Below are positions 27,168 through 36,573 of a DNA stretch of 41,560 nucleotides, one piece after another. The stretch's first letter is position 1; each line of letters opens with the position of its first letter. The position numbers and the translations under genes were made by a program. Source of the stretch: an uncultured Bacilli bacterium (GTDB lineage: Bacteria > Bacillota_I > Bacilli_A > RF39 > UBA660); contig CAKORS010000001.1 of NCBI GenBank assembly GCA_934101605.1, positions 1-41,560 on the forward strand, written 5' to 3'. Under the pieces are notes generated by a model, which ran no database searches, was not told where the DNA came from, and saw nothing but the letters and a program-made list of their open reading frames with translations.

Positions 27168-28676
27168 ATGAAAAAGAAAAGTAATTTATTCAAAGTAATA
27201 GGAATAGTATTACTAGCATACTGCGTACTTTCATGGATAATTCCTGCTGTTAGTAGTGTAGGAGGAGATGTTAGTTCTGCTACAAGACAACAAGTAAGTG
27301 TTATTGGTGTATTCTTAGCACCATTTGAGTCTTTCTCTGTTTTCAGCGGAATAATAATATTCATAGTATTAGTAGGAGCTTTTTATGCTATTCTTGAAGA
27401 AACAGGAGTTTATAATAAGTTATTAGAGACTCTTGCAGGAAAAATTAAAGGAAAAGAAAATATTGCTTTAATAGTTATTATGGTTATTATTGCTATTATT
27501 TCTTCAATAGTTGGACTTGAAGTTGGAATGTTCTTTGTATTCCCATTTATAATTTCTTTAGTTCTTTTACTTGGATATGATAAGTTAACAGCTTTATCTG
27601 CTACAGTAGGAGCTACAGTAATTGGAATTTATGGTTCTACTTTATCTGGGATTTTCCATGGATTCTCAAGTCAATTTATTGATATTTCTTTATATGATGG
27701 TATAGCCTTTAAAGTAATTTTATTTGTTGTAGGCTTAGCATTATTACTTCTATTTACTTTAAAACATGCTGACAAAGTAAAAGGAACTGTTAAAAATGAA
27801 TTAAAGAAAGTTGAAGTAAAAGAAGAAGTTAAGGAAGAAAAAGAAGAAAGAAAAGAAACTAAAAATAAAAAAGATAATAAAAAATCAGTTAAAAAAGATT
27901 CTAAAAAAGCTGAGAAGAAAATTGTTTCTAAAAAAGAAAGAAAATCTTGGCCTATTTTATTAGTAGCTGGATTAGTTTTATTAGTTTTATTATTAGGATC
28001 AATTGATTGGGAAGGGTTAGGAGTATCAGCATTTACTAAATTTGATGAATGGTTTAGAGGTATTGATGTTTTCGGATTTGCTTTATTTGATAAGTTATTT
28101 AATGGAATAACAGCATTTGGAACATGGACTAGCCAATATAGATTTAGTTATTATGCAATTATATTAATACTTGCTTCATTGATTATAGCAATTATCTATA
28201 AGATAGGTCCTAGTAGATATTTTGAAGCATTAGGAAGAGGATTTAAAGATTACTTTATTCCTGCAGTATTAGCTGCTTTAGCTTATACATTATTTGTATT
28301 AGTATATTATTATCCAGTATATAATACTATTGCTACTTGGGTAATGGGTATATCTAGTAAGTTTAATGTAGCTGTAACTGGACTTTATTCAATGTTATCA
28401 AGTTTCTTCTATGTTGATTCACAATATTACTTTGCTTACACATTACAATATTTACAAACTATAGTAACAGATGCAAATACATTATCTTTAGTTAATGTTA
28501 TGTTATCTAATCTTTATGGTCTTGTAATGCTAATTGCACCAACAAGTGTATTATTGCTTATTTCTTTAGCTATAACAGAAGTTTCATATAAAGAATGGTT
28601 AAAGTATATTTGGAAATTGTTCTTAGCATTATTTGTAGTATCATTTGTAGTTTTCATGATAATGTTATTAGTGTAA
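27168..28676 (+). CDS. YfcC/DcuC-like polytopic membrane transporter with a Lys/Glu-rich central insertion
   Basis: 502 aa with many TM segments. The N-terminal pattern (SWIIPA, LAPFESF, IFIVLVGAFYAILEETG, GYDKLTAL) resembles YfcC-family permeases. AGGAGGAG RBS. Confidence 0.6.
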   Translation: MKKKSNLFKVIGIVLLAYCVLSWIIPAVSSVGGDVSSATRQQVSVIGVFLAPFESFSVFSGIIIFIVLVGAFYAILEETGVYNKLLETLAGKIKGKENIALIVIMVIIAIISSIVGLEVGMFFVFPFIISLVLLLGYDKLTALSATVGATVIGIYGSTLSGIFHGFSSQFIDISLYDGIAFKVILFVVGLALLLLFTLKHADKVKGTVKNELKKVEVKEEVKEEKEERKETKNKKDNKKSVKKDSKKAEKKIVSKKERKSWPILLVAGLVLLVLLLGSIDWEGLGVSAFTKFDEWFRGIDVFGFALFDKLFNGITAFGTWTSQYRFSYYAIILILASLIIAIIYKIGPSRYFEALGRGFKDYFIPAVLAALAYTLFVLVYYYPVYNTIATWVMGISSKFNVAVTGLYSMLSSFFYVDSQYYFAYTLQYLQTIVTDANTLSLVNVMLSNLYGLVMLIAPTSVLLLISLAITEVSYKEWLKYIWKLFLALFVVSFVVFMIMLLV

Positions 28677-28686
28677 AAATATTTAA

Positions 28687-28712
28687 GATAGACTTTGGTC
28701 TGTCTTTTTTTT
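28687..28712 (+). terminator. Intrinsic terminator after the permease gene
   Basis: GATAGAC-TTTG-GTCTGTC hairpin (one G-U pair) followed by a T8 run. Confidence 0.65.
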
Positions 28713-28797
28713 ATGATAAGAAAAATGTTATATATTTTTGATGGAAAGTTGTTTTATATTTTTTTTATTACATAAAATATTAATGGGAGGAAAAATT

Positions 28798-31077
28798 ATG
28801 TTTTCTAAATTTAGTGAAGAAGCAAAAAAGGTATTACTTAATATGCAGAAAGAGATGAGTTCTTTAAAGCATCCTTATATTGGTAGTGAACATTTATTAC
28901 TTTCTATATTGAAGTATGGAAATAAGGATGATATTGATAAACTTAGTGAATATAATGTTAGTTATAATAGTTTTAGGGATGAATTAATAAGAGTGGTTGG
29001 GGTTGGAAAACAACAAAATAATTATTTTTTATATACTCCTTTACTTAGAAGTATTTTGGAAAATGCTACAGTATTGTCTATGGATAAGGGTAAGAAAGAG
29101 GTTGATTCTACTGATTTATTATTAGCAATATTTGATGAAGGAGAAGGTATTGCTATTAGAATTTTATTAGGAATGAATATAGATGTAGATGATTTATATG
29201 ATGAATTTGATAATATTGTTAATAAAGCTAAGAATGGTAAACTATCTATAGATAGTTTTGGATATTCTTTAAATGAAAAATATAAAAATGGAGAGATAGA
29301 TCCAGTTGTTGGAAGAGATAAAGAAATTAACAGGATGATAGAGATTTTAACTAGAAGAACTAAAAACAATCCTTTACTTATTGGGGAAGCTGGAGTTGGA
29401 AAGACTGCTATTGTTGAGGAACTTGCAAGAAGAATAGAAAAAAGAGAAGTTCCTTCTAATTTAATTGGTAAAAGAATTGTTTCTGTTTCTATGTCTAATT
29501 TAGTAGCAGGAACTAAATATAGAGGGGAATTTGAAGAGAGAATAGAAAAGCTTGTTAGTGAACTTGAAAACGCCCCAGATGTTATTTTATTTATTGATGA
29601 GATACATACTTTAGTAGGTGCAGGTGGAGCTGAAGGTGCGATTGATGCTTCTAATATTTTTAAACCTGCTTTAGCTAGGGGAAAAATAAAGCTTATTGGT
29701 GCTACTACAATAGATGAATATAAAGATAAGATAGCTAATGATAAAGCATTAGCTCGTAGATTTCAGAATATAGAGATTAAAGAGGTTAGTTCTTCCATTA
29801 CTTTAGAAATATTAAAGAAATTAAGACCTATATATGAAAATTATCATAAAGTTAAGATTAGTGATGAGGTTATAGATAGAATTGTATTTTTATCTAATAA
29901 ATATATTTATAATAGAAAGATGCCTGATAAGGCAATAGATATTTTGGATGAGGTGTGTTCTAGATCTTTTATTAATGATTTTGGGAGTAACAATATTTAT
30001 GAAGAGCTTAATGATGAGTTATTAAGTGTTAAAGAATTGAAGAATAAATTTATTATTGATAACGATTTTACTAAAGCTTCTTCTTATAGAAAAAAGGAGC
30101 TTGAATTAGAGACTAAGATTAATAAATTAGAACTTAAGGATCTTAATACTAGTTTTAAAGAAGTTTTGGTTAGTGATGTGGATAAAGTTATTTGTGATGT
30201 TTCTAAGATACCTGTTTTGGATTCTTTAAAAGATAAAGTTATGAAAAATTTTAAGTCTTTTATGAAAACAAAAATAGTTGGACAAGATACTGCGATTGAT
30301 GATTTATATAATATAACGAAGAAGATTAGATATAATAGAAAAAATAAATTAAAACCGACTTCATTTTTATTTGTGGGTAAAACTGGAGTTGGAAAGACTT
30401 TGCTTGCTAAGGAGTATTGTAAGTATTTTTATGGAGAGGATAGTTTGATACGTCTTGATATGAGTGAATATAAGGAAAGTCATTCTATAAGTAAAATAAT
30501 AGGAGCTCCTCCTGGGTATGTTGGATATCAAGATAGTAAAAATGTTTTAGAGATGGTTAAAGATAATCCTTATTCCGTTATTTTACTTGATGAGATAGAG
30601 AAAGCGAGTATTGAGGTTATTAATTTATTTTTACAAATATTAGATGAAGGGGTTTGTAAGAATTCTAAGGGAGAAGAGATAAGATTTGATAATACTATTA
30701 TTATAATGACATCTAATATTGGATGTAATAAGATCAATATAGGTTTTAATGATAATAGAGAGACTTTAACTTTTGATAGTATAAAGGATTTTTTAGGAAT
30801 TGAATTTGTTAATAGAATTAATAAAGTTATTTATTTTAAAGATATGGATTATAATTCTATTAAGTGTTTAGTTAAGAATAAGTTAAATGATATGAAAAGT
30901 TTTTATAGTAATGAGGGAATTAGTCTTAATATACCTAATGGAGTTATTGTGGATGTTATAAATAAGAGTCAATATGATAAGTTTGGTGCTAGAAGAATTG
31001 ATAAAATTATTGAAGATGAAATAGAGGGTTTTGTTATTGATCAAATTATTGATGGTAAAACTCAAGTTACTTTATAA
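28798..31077 (+). CDS. clpC: ATP-dependent Clp protease ATP-binding subunit ClpC-like (class I Clp/Hsp100)
   Basis: Clp_N repeats, two AAA+ modules (GEAGVGKT and GKTGVGKT) and a UVR-like linker. GGGAGG lies 7 nt before ATG 28798; the track start at 28738 is unlikely. Confidence 0.92.
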   Translation: MFSKFSEEAKKVLLNMQKEMSSLKHPYIGSEHLLLSILKYGNKDDIDKLSEYNVSYNSFRDELIRVVGVGKQQNNYFLYTPLLRSILENATVLSMDKGKKEVDSTDLLLAIFDEGEGIAIRILLGMNIDVDDLYDEFDNIVNKAKNGKLSIDSFGYSLNEKYKNGEIDPVVGRDKEINRMIEILTRRTKNNPLLIGEAGVGKTAIVEELARRIEKREVPSNLIGKRIVSVSMSNLVAGTKYRGEFEERIEKLVSELENAPDVILFIDEIHTLVGAGGAEGAIDASNIFKPALARGKIKLIGATTIDEYKDKIANDKALARRFQNIEIKEVSSSITLEILKKLRPIYENYHKVKISDEVIDRIVFLSNKYIYNRKMPDKAIDILDEVCSRSFINDFGSNNIYEELNDELLSVKELKNKFIIDNDFTKASSYRKKELELETKINKLELKDLNTSFKEVLVSDVDKVICDVSKIPVLDSLKDKVMKNFKSFMKTKIVGQDTAIDDLYNITKKIRYNRKNKLKPTSFLFVGKTGVGKTLLAKEYCKYFYGEDSLIRLDMSEYKESHSISKIIGAPPGYVGYQDSKNVLEMVKDNPYSVILLDEIEKASIEVINLFLQILDEGVCKNSKGEEIRFDNTIIIMTSNIGCNKINIGFNDNRETLTFDSIKDFLGIEFVNRINKVIYFKDMDYNSIKCLVKNKLNDMKSFYSNEGISLNIPNGVIVDVINKSQYDKFGARRIDKIIEDEIEGFVIDQIIDGKTQVTL

Positions 31078-31097
31078 AAGACGTATGTCTTTTTTTT
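31077..31097 (+). terminator. Intrinsic terminator after clpC
   Basis: AAAGAC-GTAT-GTCTTT hairpin followed by a T-run. Confidence 0.6.
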
Positions 31098-31103
31098 ATT
31101 TTA

Positions 31104-31112
31104 TGATATAAT
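31104..31112 (+). promoter_or_regulatory. Extended -10 element TGATATAAT upstream of cysS
   Basis: TGnTATAAT, 28 nt upstream of the cysS ATG. No T-box leader is present. Confidence 0.45.
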
Positions 31113-31139
31113 ATACATATAATTTATAGGAGATGTTTT

Positions 31140-32531
31140 ATGAGAATTTATAATACTTTGACAAGAAAAATTGAAGAATTTATTCCTAATGAGAAAGGAA
31201 AAGTTAAATTTTATACATGTGGTCCTACTGTTTATCATGATCAGCATATTGGTAATATGAGAAGTTATGTTGGGCATGATATTCTAGATAAGACTTTAAG
31301 ATATATAGGATATGATGTTACTAGGGTTATGAATATAACTGATGTTGGGCATCTTACTAGTGATAGTGATTCTGGTAATGATAAGATGGTTGAAAGTGCT
31401 AAGAAAGAACATAAAAGTGTTATGGATATAGCTAAGTATTATACTGATCAGTTTTTCAATGATTTTAAATTGCTTAATAATAGAGTTCCTGATATTGTGT
31501 CTCCAGCTACTAGTCATATAGATGATTATATTAAAATAATAGAAAAATTACTTAAAGATGGTTATGCTTATATAGCTGGTGGTAATGTTTATTTTGATAC
31601 ATCTTTACTTGATGATTATTATGTTTTAACTAATCATAAAGAAGATGATATGGTAGTAGGAGTTCGAGAGGGAGTAGATGAGGACTTAAATAAAAGAAAT
31701 CAAGCTGATTTTGTTTTATGGTTTACTAAATCTAAGTTTCAAGAGCAAGAGCTAAAATGGGATTCTCCATGGGGATATGGATATCCTGGTTGGCATATAG
31801 AATGTTCTGGAATATGTATGCATTATTTGGGTGATAGATTAGATATCCATGGTGGTGGTGTTGATAATATTTTCCCACATCATACTAATGAAATAGCTCA
31901 AAGTGAATCATATTTTGGGCATAAGTGGTGTAATTATTGGTTCCATAATGAACATTTAATGGATGAAAGCGGAAAGATGAGTAAATCTAAGGGGGCTACA
32001 TTGACAGTTAGTTTATTAAAAGAAAAAGGTTATAATCCTCTTTCTTTCAGATTTATGTGTTTACAGTCTCATTATAGGAAACAATTAGTGTTTAGTTATG
32101 AAAATTTAGATAATGCTTCATTAGCATATAAAAAGTTGAAAAATAAATGCTTAAGTGTTAAAGATTCTGGTGATTTTAGTAAAGAAGACTTTGATTTATT
32201 TGATTCTAAATTTAGAAGTTATTTAGAAGATAACTTGAATACTGCTTCTAGTTTATCTGTTTTATATGATGTATTAAAAAGTGATATAAGTGGAAAAACT
32301 AAATTAGAGCTTATTAAATCTTTTGATCAAGTTTTATCTTTAGATTTATTAAAAGAAGATATTAAAGATACTAATGTATCTATGGATTATATAAATCTTA
32401 AAATAGAAGAAAGAAAGAATGCTAAAGCGCAAAAGAATTATGCTCTTGCTGATGCTATTAGAGATGAATTATTAGAAAAGGGTATAAAACTTATTGATAC
32501 TAAAGATGGAGTTACTTTTGAGGTTTTATAG
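31140..32531 (+). CDS. cysS: Cysteine--tRNA ligase
   Basis: Class I motifs HIGN (HIGH-type) and KMSKS. Zinc-binding CGPT and HIEC. Confidence 0.97.
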   Translation: MRIYNTLTRKIEEFIPNEKGKVKFYTCGPTVYHDQHIGNMRSYVGHDILDKTLRYIGYDVTRVMNITDVGHLTSDSDSGNDKMVESAKKEHKSVMDIAKYYTDQFFNDFKLLNNRVPDIVSPATSHIDDYIKIIEKLLKDGYAYIAGGNVYFDTSLLDDYYVLTNHKEDDMVVGVREGVDEDLNKRNQADFVLWFTKSKFQEQELKWDSPWGYGYPGWHIECSGICMHYLGDRLDIHGGGVDNIFPHHTNEIAQSESYFGHKWCNYWFHNEHLMDESGKMSKSKGATLTVSLLKEKGYNPLSFRFMCLQSHYRKQLVFSYENLDNASLAYKKLKNKCLSVKDSGDFSKEDFDLFDSKFRSYLEDNLNTASSLSVLYDVLKSDISGKTKLELIKSFDQVLSLDLLKEDIKDTNVSMDYINLKIEERKNAKAQKNYALADAIRDELLEKGIKLIDTKDGVTFEVL

Positions 32532-32539
32532 GAGGAGTT

Positions 32540-33208
32540 ATGGAGTTAGATTATTTATTAATTATTATATCTTTATTACTTACTGTAGGTGCTCAAATTC
32601 TTGTAAGTGTTAGATATTCTAAATATAAAAGTATAAAAAATAGTAAAGGTGTTAGTGGTTCAGAAGTTGCTATAGATATGTTAAAAGAACATGGACTTGA
32701 TGATATTTATGTTGTTGAGTGTAGAGGTAATCTTACTGATCATTATGACCCTAGTGGAAAGGTTATAAGACTTTCTAGTGATATTTTTCATGGAGAAAGT
32801 ATAGCATCTTTAGCAGTGGCAGCTCATGAGATTGGACATGCTATTCAATATAAAGAAGGAAATGTTTTAATTAAGATTAGAAGTTTTATATATCCTTTAG
32901 TATCTCTTGCATCAAATTTTAGTTATATAGCTATTTTATTAGGACTTATTTTAGGAATATTAGAGTTATTTTATGTTGGTGTTGCTTTATTTGCTATTAT
33001 TTTATTATTTCAACTTCTTACTTTACCAGTTGAGATAGATGCTTCTAAAAAAGCTATGAAAAATTTAAAGGTTAAATATTTAAGTGATAGAGAACTTGAT
33101 GGAGCACATTCTATGTTAGTTGCTGCTGCTATGACATATGTTGCATCTTTAGCAACTACTGTAATACAACTTATAAGACTTATATTAATGGGAAGCAGAA
33201 GAGATTAA
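32540..33208 (+). CDS. YugP-like membrane zinc metallopeptidase (Zn_peptidase_2 family)
   Basis: HEIGHAIQ zincin motif, LTDHYDP block and flanking TM segments. Collinear with B. subtilis YugP. Confidence 0.85.
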   Translation: MELDYLLIIISLLLTVGAQILVSVRYSKYKSIKNSKGVSGSEVAIDMLKEHGLDDIYVVECRGNLTDHYDPSGKVIRLSSDIFHGESIASLAVAAHEIGHAIQYKEGNVLIKIRSFIYPLVSLASNFSYIAILLGLILGILELFYVGVALFAIILLFQLLTLPVEIDASKKAMKNLKVKYLSDRELDGAHSMLVAAAMTYVASLATTVIQLIRLILMGSRRD

Positions 33209-33576
33209 TGAATTATAATATGTTGGTTTTAGCCTATATTGGGGATGCTTATTATGAATTATTAGTAAGAGATTATTTAATAGATTTAGGAATTTGTAAG
33301 GTTAATGATTTAAAGAATAAATCTTTAGAATTTGTTACAGCTACAAGACAAGCTTATTTTCTTACTAAGATTCTTGATATGCTAAGTGATGATGAAGTAG
33401 ATATAGTAAAAAAAGGTAGAAATACAAAGACGCATTCTAGAAGTAAAAGTTGTGATATAGTTACTTATAGACATGCAACTGCTTTTGAGTGTTTGATAGG
33501 TTATTTATATAAGAATAAAAAATTTAATAGGATAGAGGAAATATTTGCAAAAATAGTAGAAGTTAGTGGTGATTAG
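33208..33576 (+). CDS. mrnC: Mini-ribonuclease 3
   Basis: LAYIGDAYYELLVR signature. cysS...mrnC-rlmB-sigH synteny. Confidence 0.9.
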   Translation: MNYNMLVLAYIGDAYYELLVRDYLIDLGICKVNDLKNKSLEFVTATRQAYFLTKILDMLSDDEVDIVKKGRNTKTHSRSKSCDIVTYRHATAFECLIGYLYKNKKFNRIEEIFAKIVEVSGD

Positions 33577-33578
33577 TT

Positions 33579-34271
33579 ATGTATGTTTATGGTAAGAATA
33601 GTTGTTATGAGGTATTAAAGGGATATAAAAACATTAAAAATATATATTTAGATAAAAATTTTAGTGATAAAAATATAATTTCTTTGATAGAAAATTTAAA
33701 TATTAAACCTATATTTGTTAATAAAATTCAATTAGATGAACTTGCAGATGGTAATCATCAGGGTATAATTGTAGATGTAGGAGAGTATAGGTATTGTAAT
33801 ATAGATGATATTATAAAGGAAAATGGTTTTATTGTAATACTTGATCATTTAGAGGATACACATAATTTTGGAGCTATAATAAGAACTTGTTTAGCTGCTG
33901 GTGTTGATGGAATAATAATTCCTAAAGATAGAAGTGTATCTGTTAATTCTACTGTTATGAAGACTAGTAGTGGAGCTTGCGTTAATATGAAAATTTGTAT
34001 GGTTACTAATATTAATCAGGCGATTAAGTATTTAAAAGATAAAGGTTATTGGATTGTTAGCACTGAGATGAATGGTGAACGTTATACTAATGTTGATTAT
34101 AAAGATGCGACTGCTTTAGTAATAGGTAATGAAGGTAAGGGTGTCTCAGAGTTAGTTAAAAAATCATCTGATTTTATAGTTTCTATTCCTATGAGTGGTA
34201 AAATTGAGAGTTTAAATGCTTCGGTTGCTGCTGGAATACTTATTTATGAGGTAATAAGACAAAGGTTGTAG
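33579..34271 (+). CDS. rlmB: 23S rRNA (guanosine-2'-O)-methyltransferase RlmB/YacO (SpoU/TrmH family)
   Basis: SpoU motifs NFGAIIRT, VIGNEGKGVS and ESLNASVAAGILIYE. Confidence 0.9.
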   Translation: MYVYGKNSCYEVLKGYKNIKNIYLDKNFSDKNIISLIENLNIKPIFVNKIQLDELADGNHQGIIVDVGEYRYCNIDDIIKENGFIVILDHLEDTHNFGAIIRTCLAAGVDGIIIPKDRSVSVNSTVMKTSSGACVNMKICMVTNINQAIKYLKDKGYWIVSTEMNGERYTNVDYKDATALVIGNEGKGVSELVKKSSDFIVSIPMSGKIESLNASVAAGILIYEVIRQRL

Positions 34272-34279
34272 GAGGTTTA

Positions 34280-34852
34280 ATGAATTATAGAGACTATAAT
34301 GATTATGAACTATTGTATATGATAAAAGAAGATAATGAAGAAGCTATTAATATTATGATTTATAAGTATGATCCACTTGTAAAGAAGATAGCTTTTTCTT
34401 TTTATAATAATTTTAAAGGTGTATCTTTAGAGGATATGGTTCAAGAGGGAAGAGTTGCGTTATTTAATACTTTTTTATCTTATCAAGACAATTATAATGT
34501 TTTGTTTTATTCATATGCATATAAGGCTATAAAAAATGCTATATATAATTTGTGTAATAAAGCTTGTAGATATAAAAGAAAGAGTAATATTAATACAAGT
34601 GAACTAGATGTTTTATATGATGCTGGTTATGTTATTGATTATGAAAATATTATTATGGATATAGAGTATAGTAAAAAAATAGAATCTTTTAAAAATAGTC
34701 TTAAGTTTAGTGATTCTTTAATATTTGAGCTTAGATATAATGGTTTTTCTTATATGGATATTTCTATTTTGTTAGATATTAGTGTTAAAAAGGTTGATAA
34801 TACTATTTATGGGATTAAGAAAAAATTGAAGAAATATTTTGTTTTTAGTTAG
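34280..34852 (+). CDS. sigH: RNA polymerase sigma factor, SigH-like
   Basis: Region 2 (EDMVQEGRVALF) and region 4 HTH (FSYMDISILLDISVKKVDNTIYGIKKKL) are collinear with B. subtilis SigH. Conserved position after rlmB. Confidence 0.75.
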   Translation: MNYRDYNDYELLYMIKEDNEEAINIMIYKYDPLVKKIAFSFYNNFKGVSLEDMVQEGRVALFNTFLSYQDNYNVLFYSYAYKAIKNAIYNLCNKACRYKRKSNINTSELDVLYDAGYVIDYENIIMDIEYSKKIESFKNSLKFSDSLIFELRYNGFSYMDISILLDISVKKVDNTIYGIKKKLKKYFVFS

Positions 34853-34879
34853 TTATTTTATTTACATATTAAGATTTTA

Positions 34880-34888
34880 TGTTATAAT
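34880..34888 (+). promoter_or_regulatory. Extended -10 element TGTTATAAT upstream of the unknown gene pair
   Basis: TGnTATAAT, 20 nt upstream of ATG 34909. Confidence 0.4.
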
Positions 34889-34908
34889 GTTTATGATGGG
34901 TGACTAGT

Positions 34909-35529
34909 ATGAGTGATGTAATTTCGTTAAGAGAATTTATTGATAAAAAGGATGAAATAACGAGTGTTAAGGTTAACACTTTTTGTCGTTTAATGAAACA
35001 TGTTAGTGATGCTATTGAAAAGGATGAAAGATCTTTAATAAGAATTAATTTAGATGAAATTAAGATAAATATTAGAACTGGAGAAATTGTTTTACCTGAT
35101 AATTTATTTAATAATAATTATAGTGATAAGACTATTGCTGGTTTTAATACTGGTGTTAGCTTAATAGCTGATAGAAAATCATCTTTAGAACATAAAAGAA
35201 TATCATTTGCTTTAATGGTATTAGGATGGTATGCTAATCCAGACCATAGTGCTGTTATTAGTGATTTGGATGTTTTAGATAATTTTGATGTATATATGAG
35301 TAGAGTTCCTACTTGGTTGCAAGGTTTTTTTATATCTGTTTTTAGAAAGATGGATTATAGTGTTTCTTTTGGTGATTATTATAAAGATAATTTTACAGAT
35401 AAAGTTAAAAATACAATAGGTGATGCATTTAAAGAATATAATTTAAGTTCTGAACAACTTCAAAAAATAGAATCTTTAGTTGCAAAGACTACAAATAGAA
35501 TTATAAAGGAAGGTGAAGGTCTTGGCTAA
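34909..35529 (+). CDS. Hypothetical protein, 206 aa, soluble, no recognised domain
   Basis: Long ORF with core-like codon usage. GGGTGA lies 5 nt before the ATG; GTG 34900 is an alternative start. Confidence 0.7.
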   Translation: MSDVISLREFIDKKDEITSVKVNTFCRLMKHVSDAIEKDERSLIRINLDEIKINIRTGEIVLPDNLFNNNYSDKTIAGFNTGVSLIADRKSSLEHKRISFALMVLGWYANPDHSAVISDLDVLDNFDVYMSRVPTWLQGFFISVFRKMDYSVSFGDYYKDNFTDKVKNTIGDAFKEYNLSSEQLQKIESLVAKTTNRIIKEGEGLG

Positions 35530-35896
35530 TTTTAGTAATGGAGAGCAAGAAATATTAGATAATTTAAATAGAGGTGTTTCTAATATAAAAGAAAGACTTA
35601 TGCCTGTTTTGAATAATAAAGATTTAGATAATAATTCTGTTAGTAACGAGATGGGAAAGGGAAAAGCTAGAGTTTTAATAAATGAAAATAATCCTTTTAA
35701 GCAGTATATTACAACACCTTTAAAGGAAGAAAAGGGTGATAATACTAGTTATAGTAATATAGCAAGTGGTGATAGTGATAGTTTCATTAATAACCAATCT
35801 GCTACTAGTTTTGTTGTTGTTATAATGGCTATTTTGACTTTTATATTAGTAAGTGTTATTCTAGGATATGGTTTATTTAATTTACTTAATTTATAG
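35513..35896 (+). CDS. Hypothetical C-terminally membrane-anchored protein (about 125 aa)
   Basis: Polar, low-complexity N-terminal part and one C-terminal TM (FVVVIMAILTFILVSVILGYGLF). Overlaps the upstream ORF by 17 nt. The start is uncertain (GTG 35513 or TTG 35522). Confidence 0.55.
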   Translation: MKVLANFSNGEQEILDNLNRGVSNIKERLMPVLNNKDLDNNSVSNEMGKGKARVLINENNPFKQYITTPLKEEKGDNTSYSNIASGDSDSFINNQSATSFVVVIMAILTFILVSVILGYGLFNLLNL

Positions 35897-35914
35897 CTTT
35901 ATTTGGGGGAAATT

Positions 35915-36475
35915 ATGAATAACAACTTAATGATGGTTTTGTGCAGGCAAAATTTACTTGATTATAAAAGTTTTGATGAATGGTTTAATATAGTAAAACC
36001 TGTTTTAAATAATGAAGAGTTTTTGAAAAGAAAATTTTTTTTACATCATAAAACTCAGAGTCTTTATGAACATTCTTTGTTAGTATCTGTTATTTCTTAT
36101 AAACTTGCTGTTAGATTTCATGGTGATAGAAGAAATTGTGCTTTGGCTGGATTATTACATGATTTTTATACAAGAGCATGGTTATATTCTAGAGGACTAG
36201 AAAAATTAGATGAAAAATATAGATATAATTTTATAGGTAATAATGGAAAACATTCTTTTTTTAAGAAACATGGTTTTACACATCCTTTATCAGCAGTTAA
36301 TAATTCTTTAGAATATTTTCCTTGGTTAGTAAATAAAAGAATAATTAACGCTATTGCAACTCATATGTTTCCGCTTTCTTTGTTTACAAGTTATAAAATA
36401 CCTAAATATAAAGAAAGTTTTATAGTTTCTTTAGCGGATAAAATAGTTACTTTTAGAAAACTTGCTATTTTTTAA
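35915..36475 (+). CDS. HD-domain phosphohydrolase
   Basis: H...HD metal motif (LYEHSLLV ... GLLHDFY), a later THMFP motif and SLADKIV. GGGGGA RBS. Confidence 0.8.
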   Translation: MNNNLMMVLCRQNLLDYKSFDEWFNIVKPVLNNEEFLKRKFFLHHKTQSLYEHSLLVSVISYKLAVRFHGDRRNCALAGLLHDFYTRAWLYSRGLEKLDEKYRYNFIGNNGKHSFFKKHGFTHPLSAVNNSLEYFPWLVNKRIINAIATHMFPLSLFTSYKIPKYKESFIVSLADKIVTFRKLAIF

Positions 36476-36476
36476 T

Positions 36477-36506
36477 AAATAATGAGAAATCATTATTTTT
36501 ATTTTT
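36477..36506 (+). terminator. Intrinsic terminator after the HD gene
   Basis: AAATAATGA-GAAA-TCATTATTT hairpin followed by a T-rich tract. Confidence 0.55.
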
Positions 36507-36573
36507 GATAAATTTTGTTATTATTTTATTTATATATGTGATAAAATATATGTATAAACAAGGAGGATTTGAT

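Noticed and set aside
5373-36573. N-terminally extended starts in the track for tadA (5373), holB (8796), dusB (26028), clpC (28738) and secA (36505). Smaller differences exist for gyrA, the signal peptidase, yabP, tilS, the 206-aa ORF, the HD gene and the first HAD gene.
   Set aside because: The extensions cross an ncRNA, terminators or promoter elements and lack an SD. Downstream ATGs have well-spaced GGAGG-like sites and give N-termini that match family consensus (e.g. MKIGN for DusB, MAFLKRLF for SecA, MFSKFSEEAKK for ClpC).
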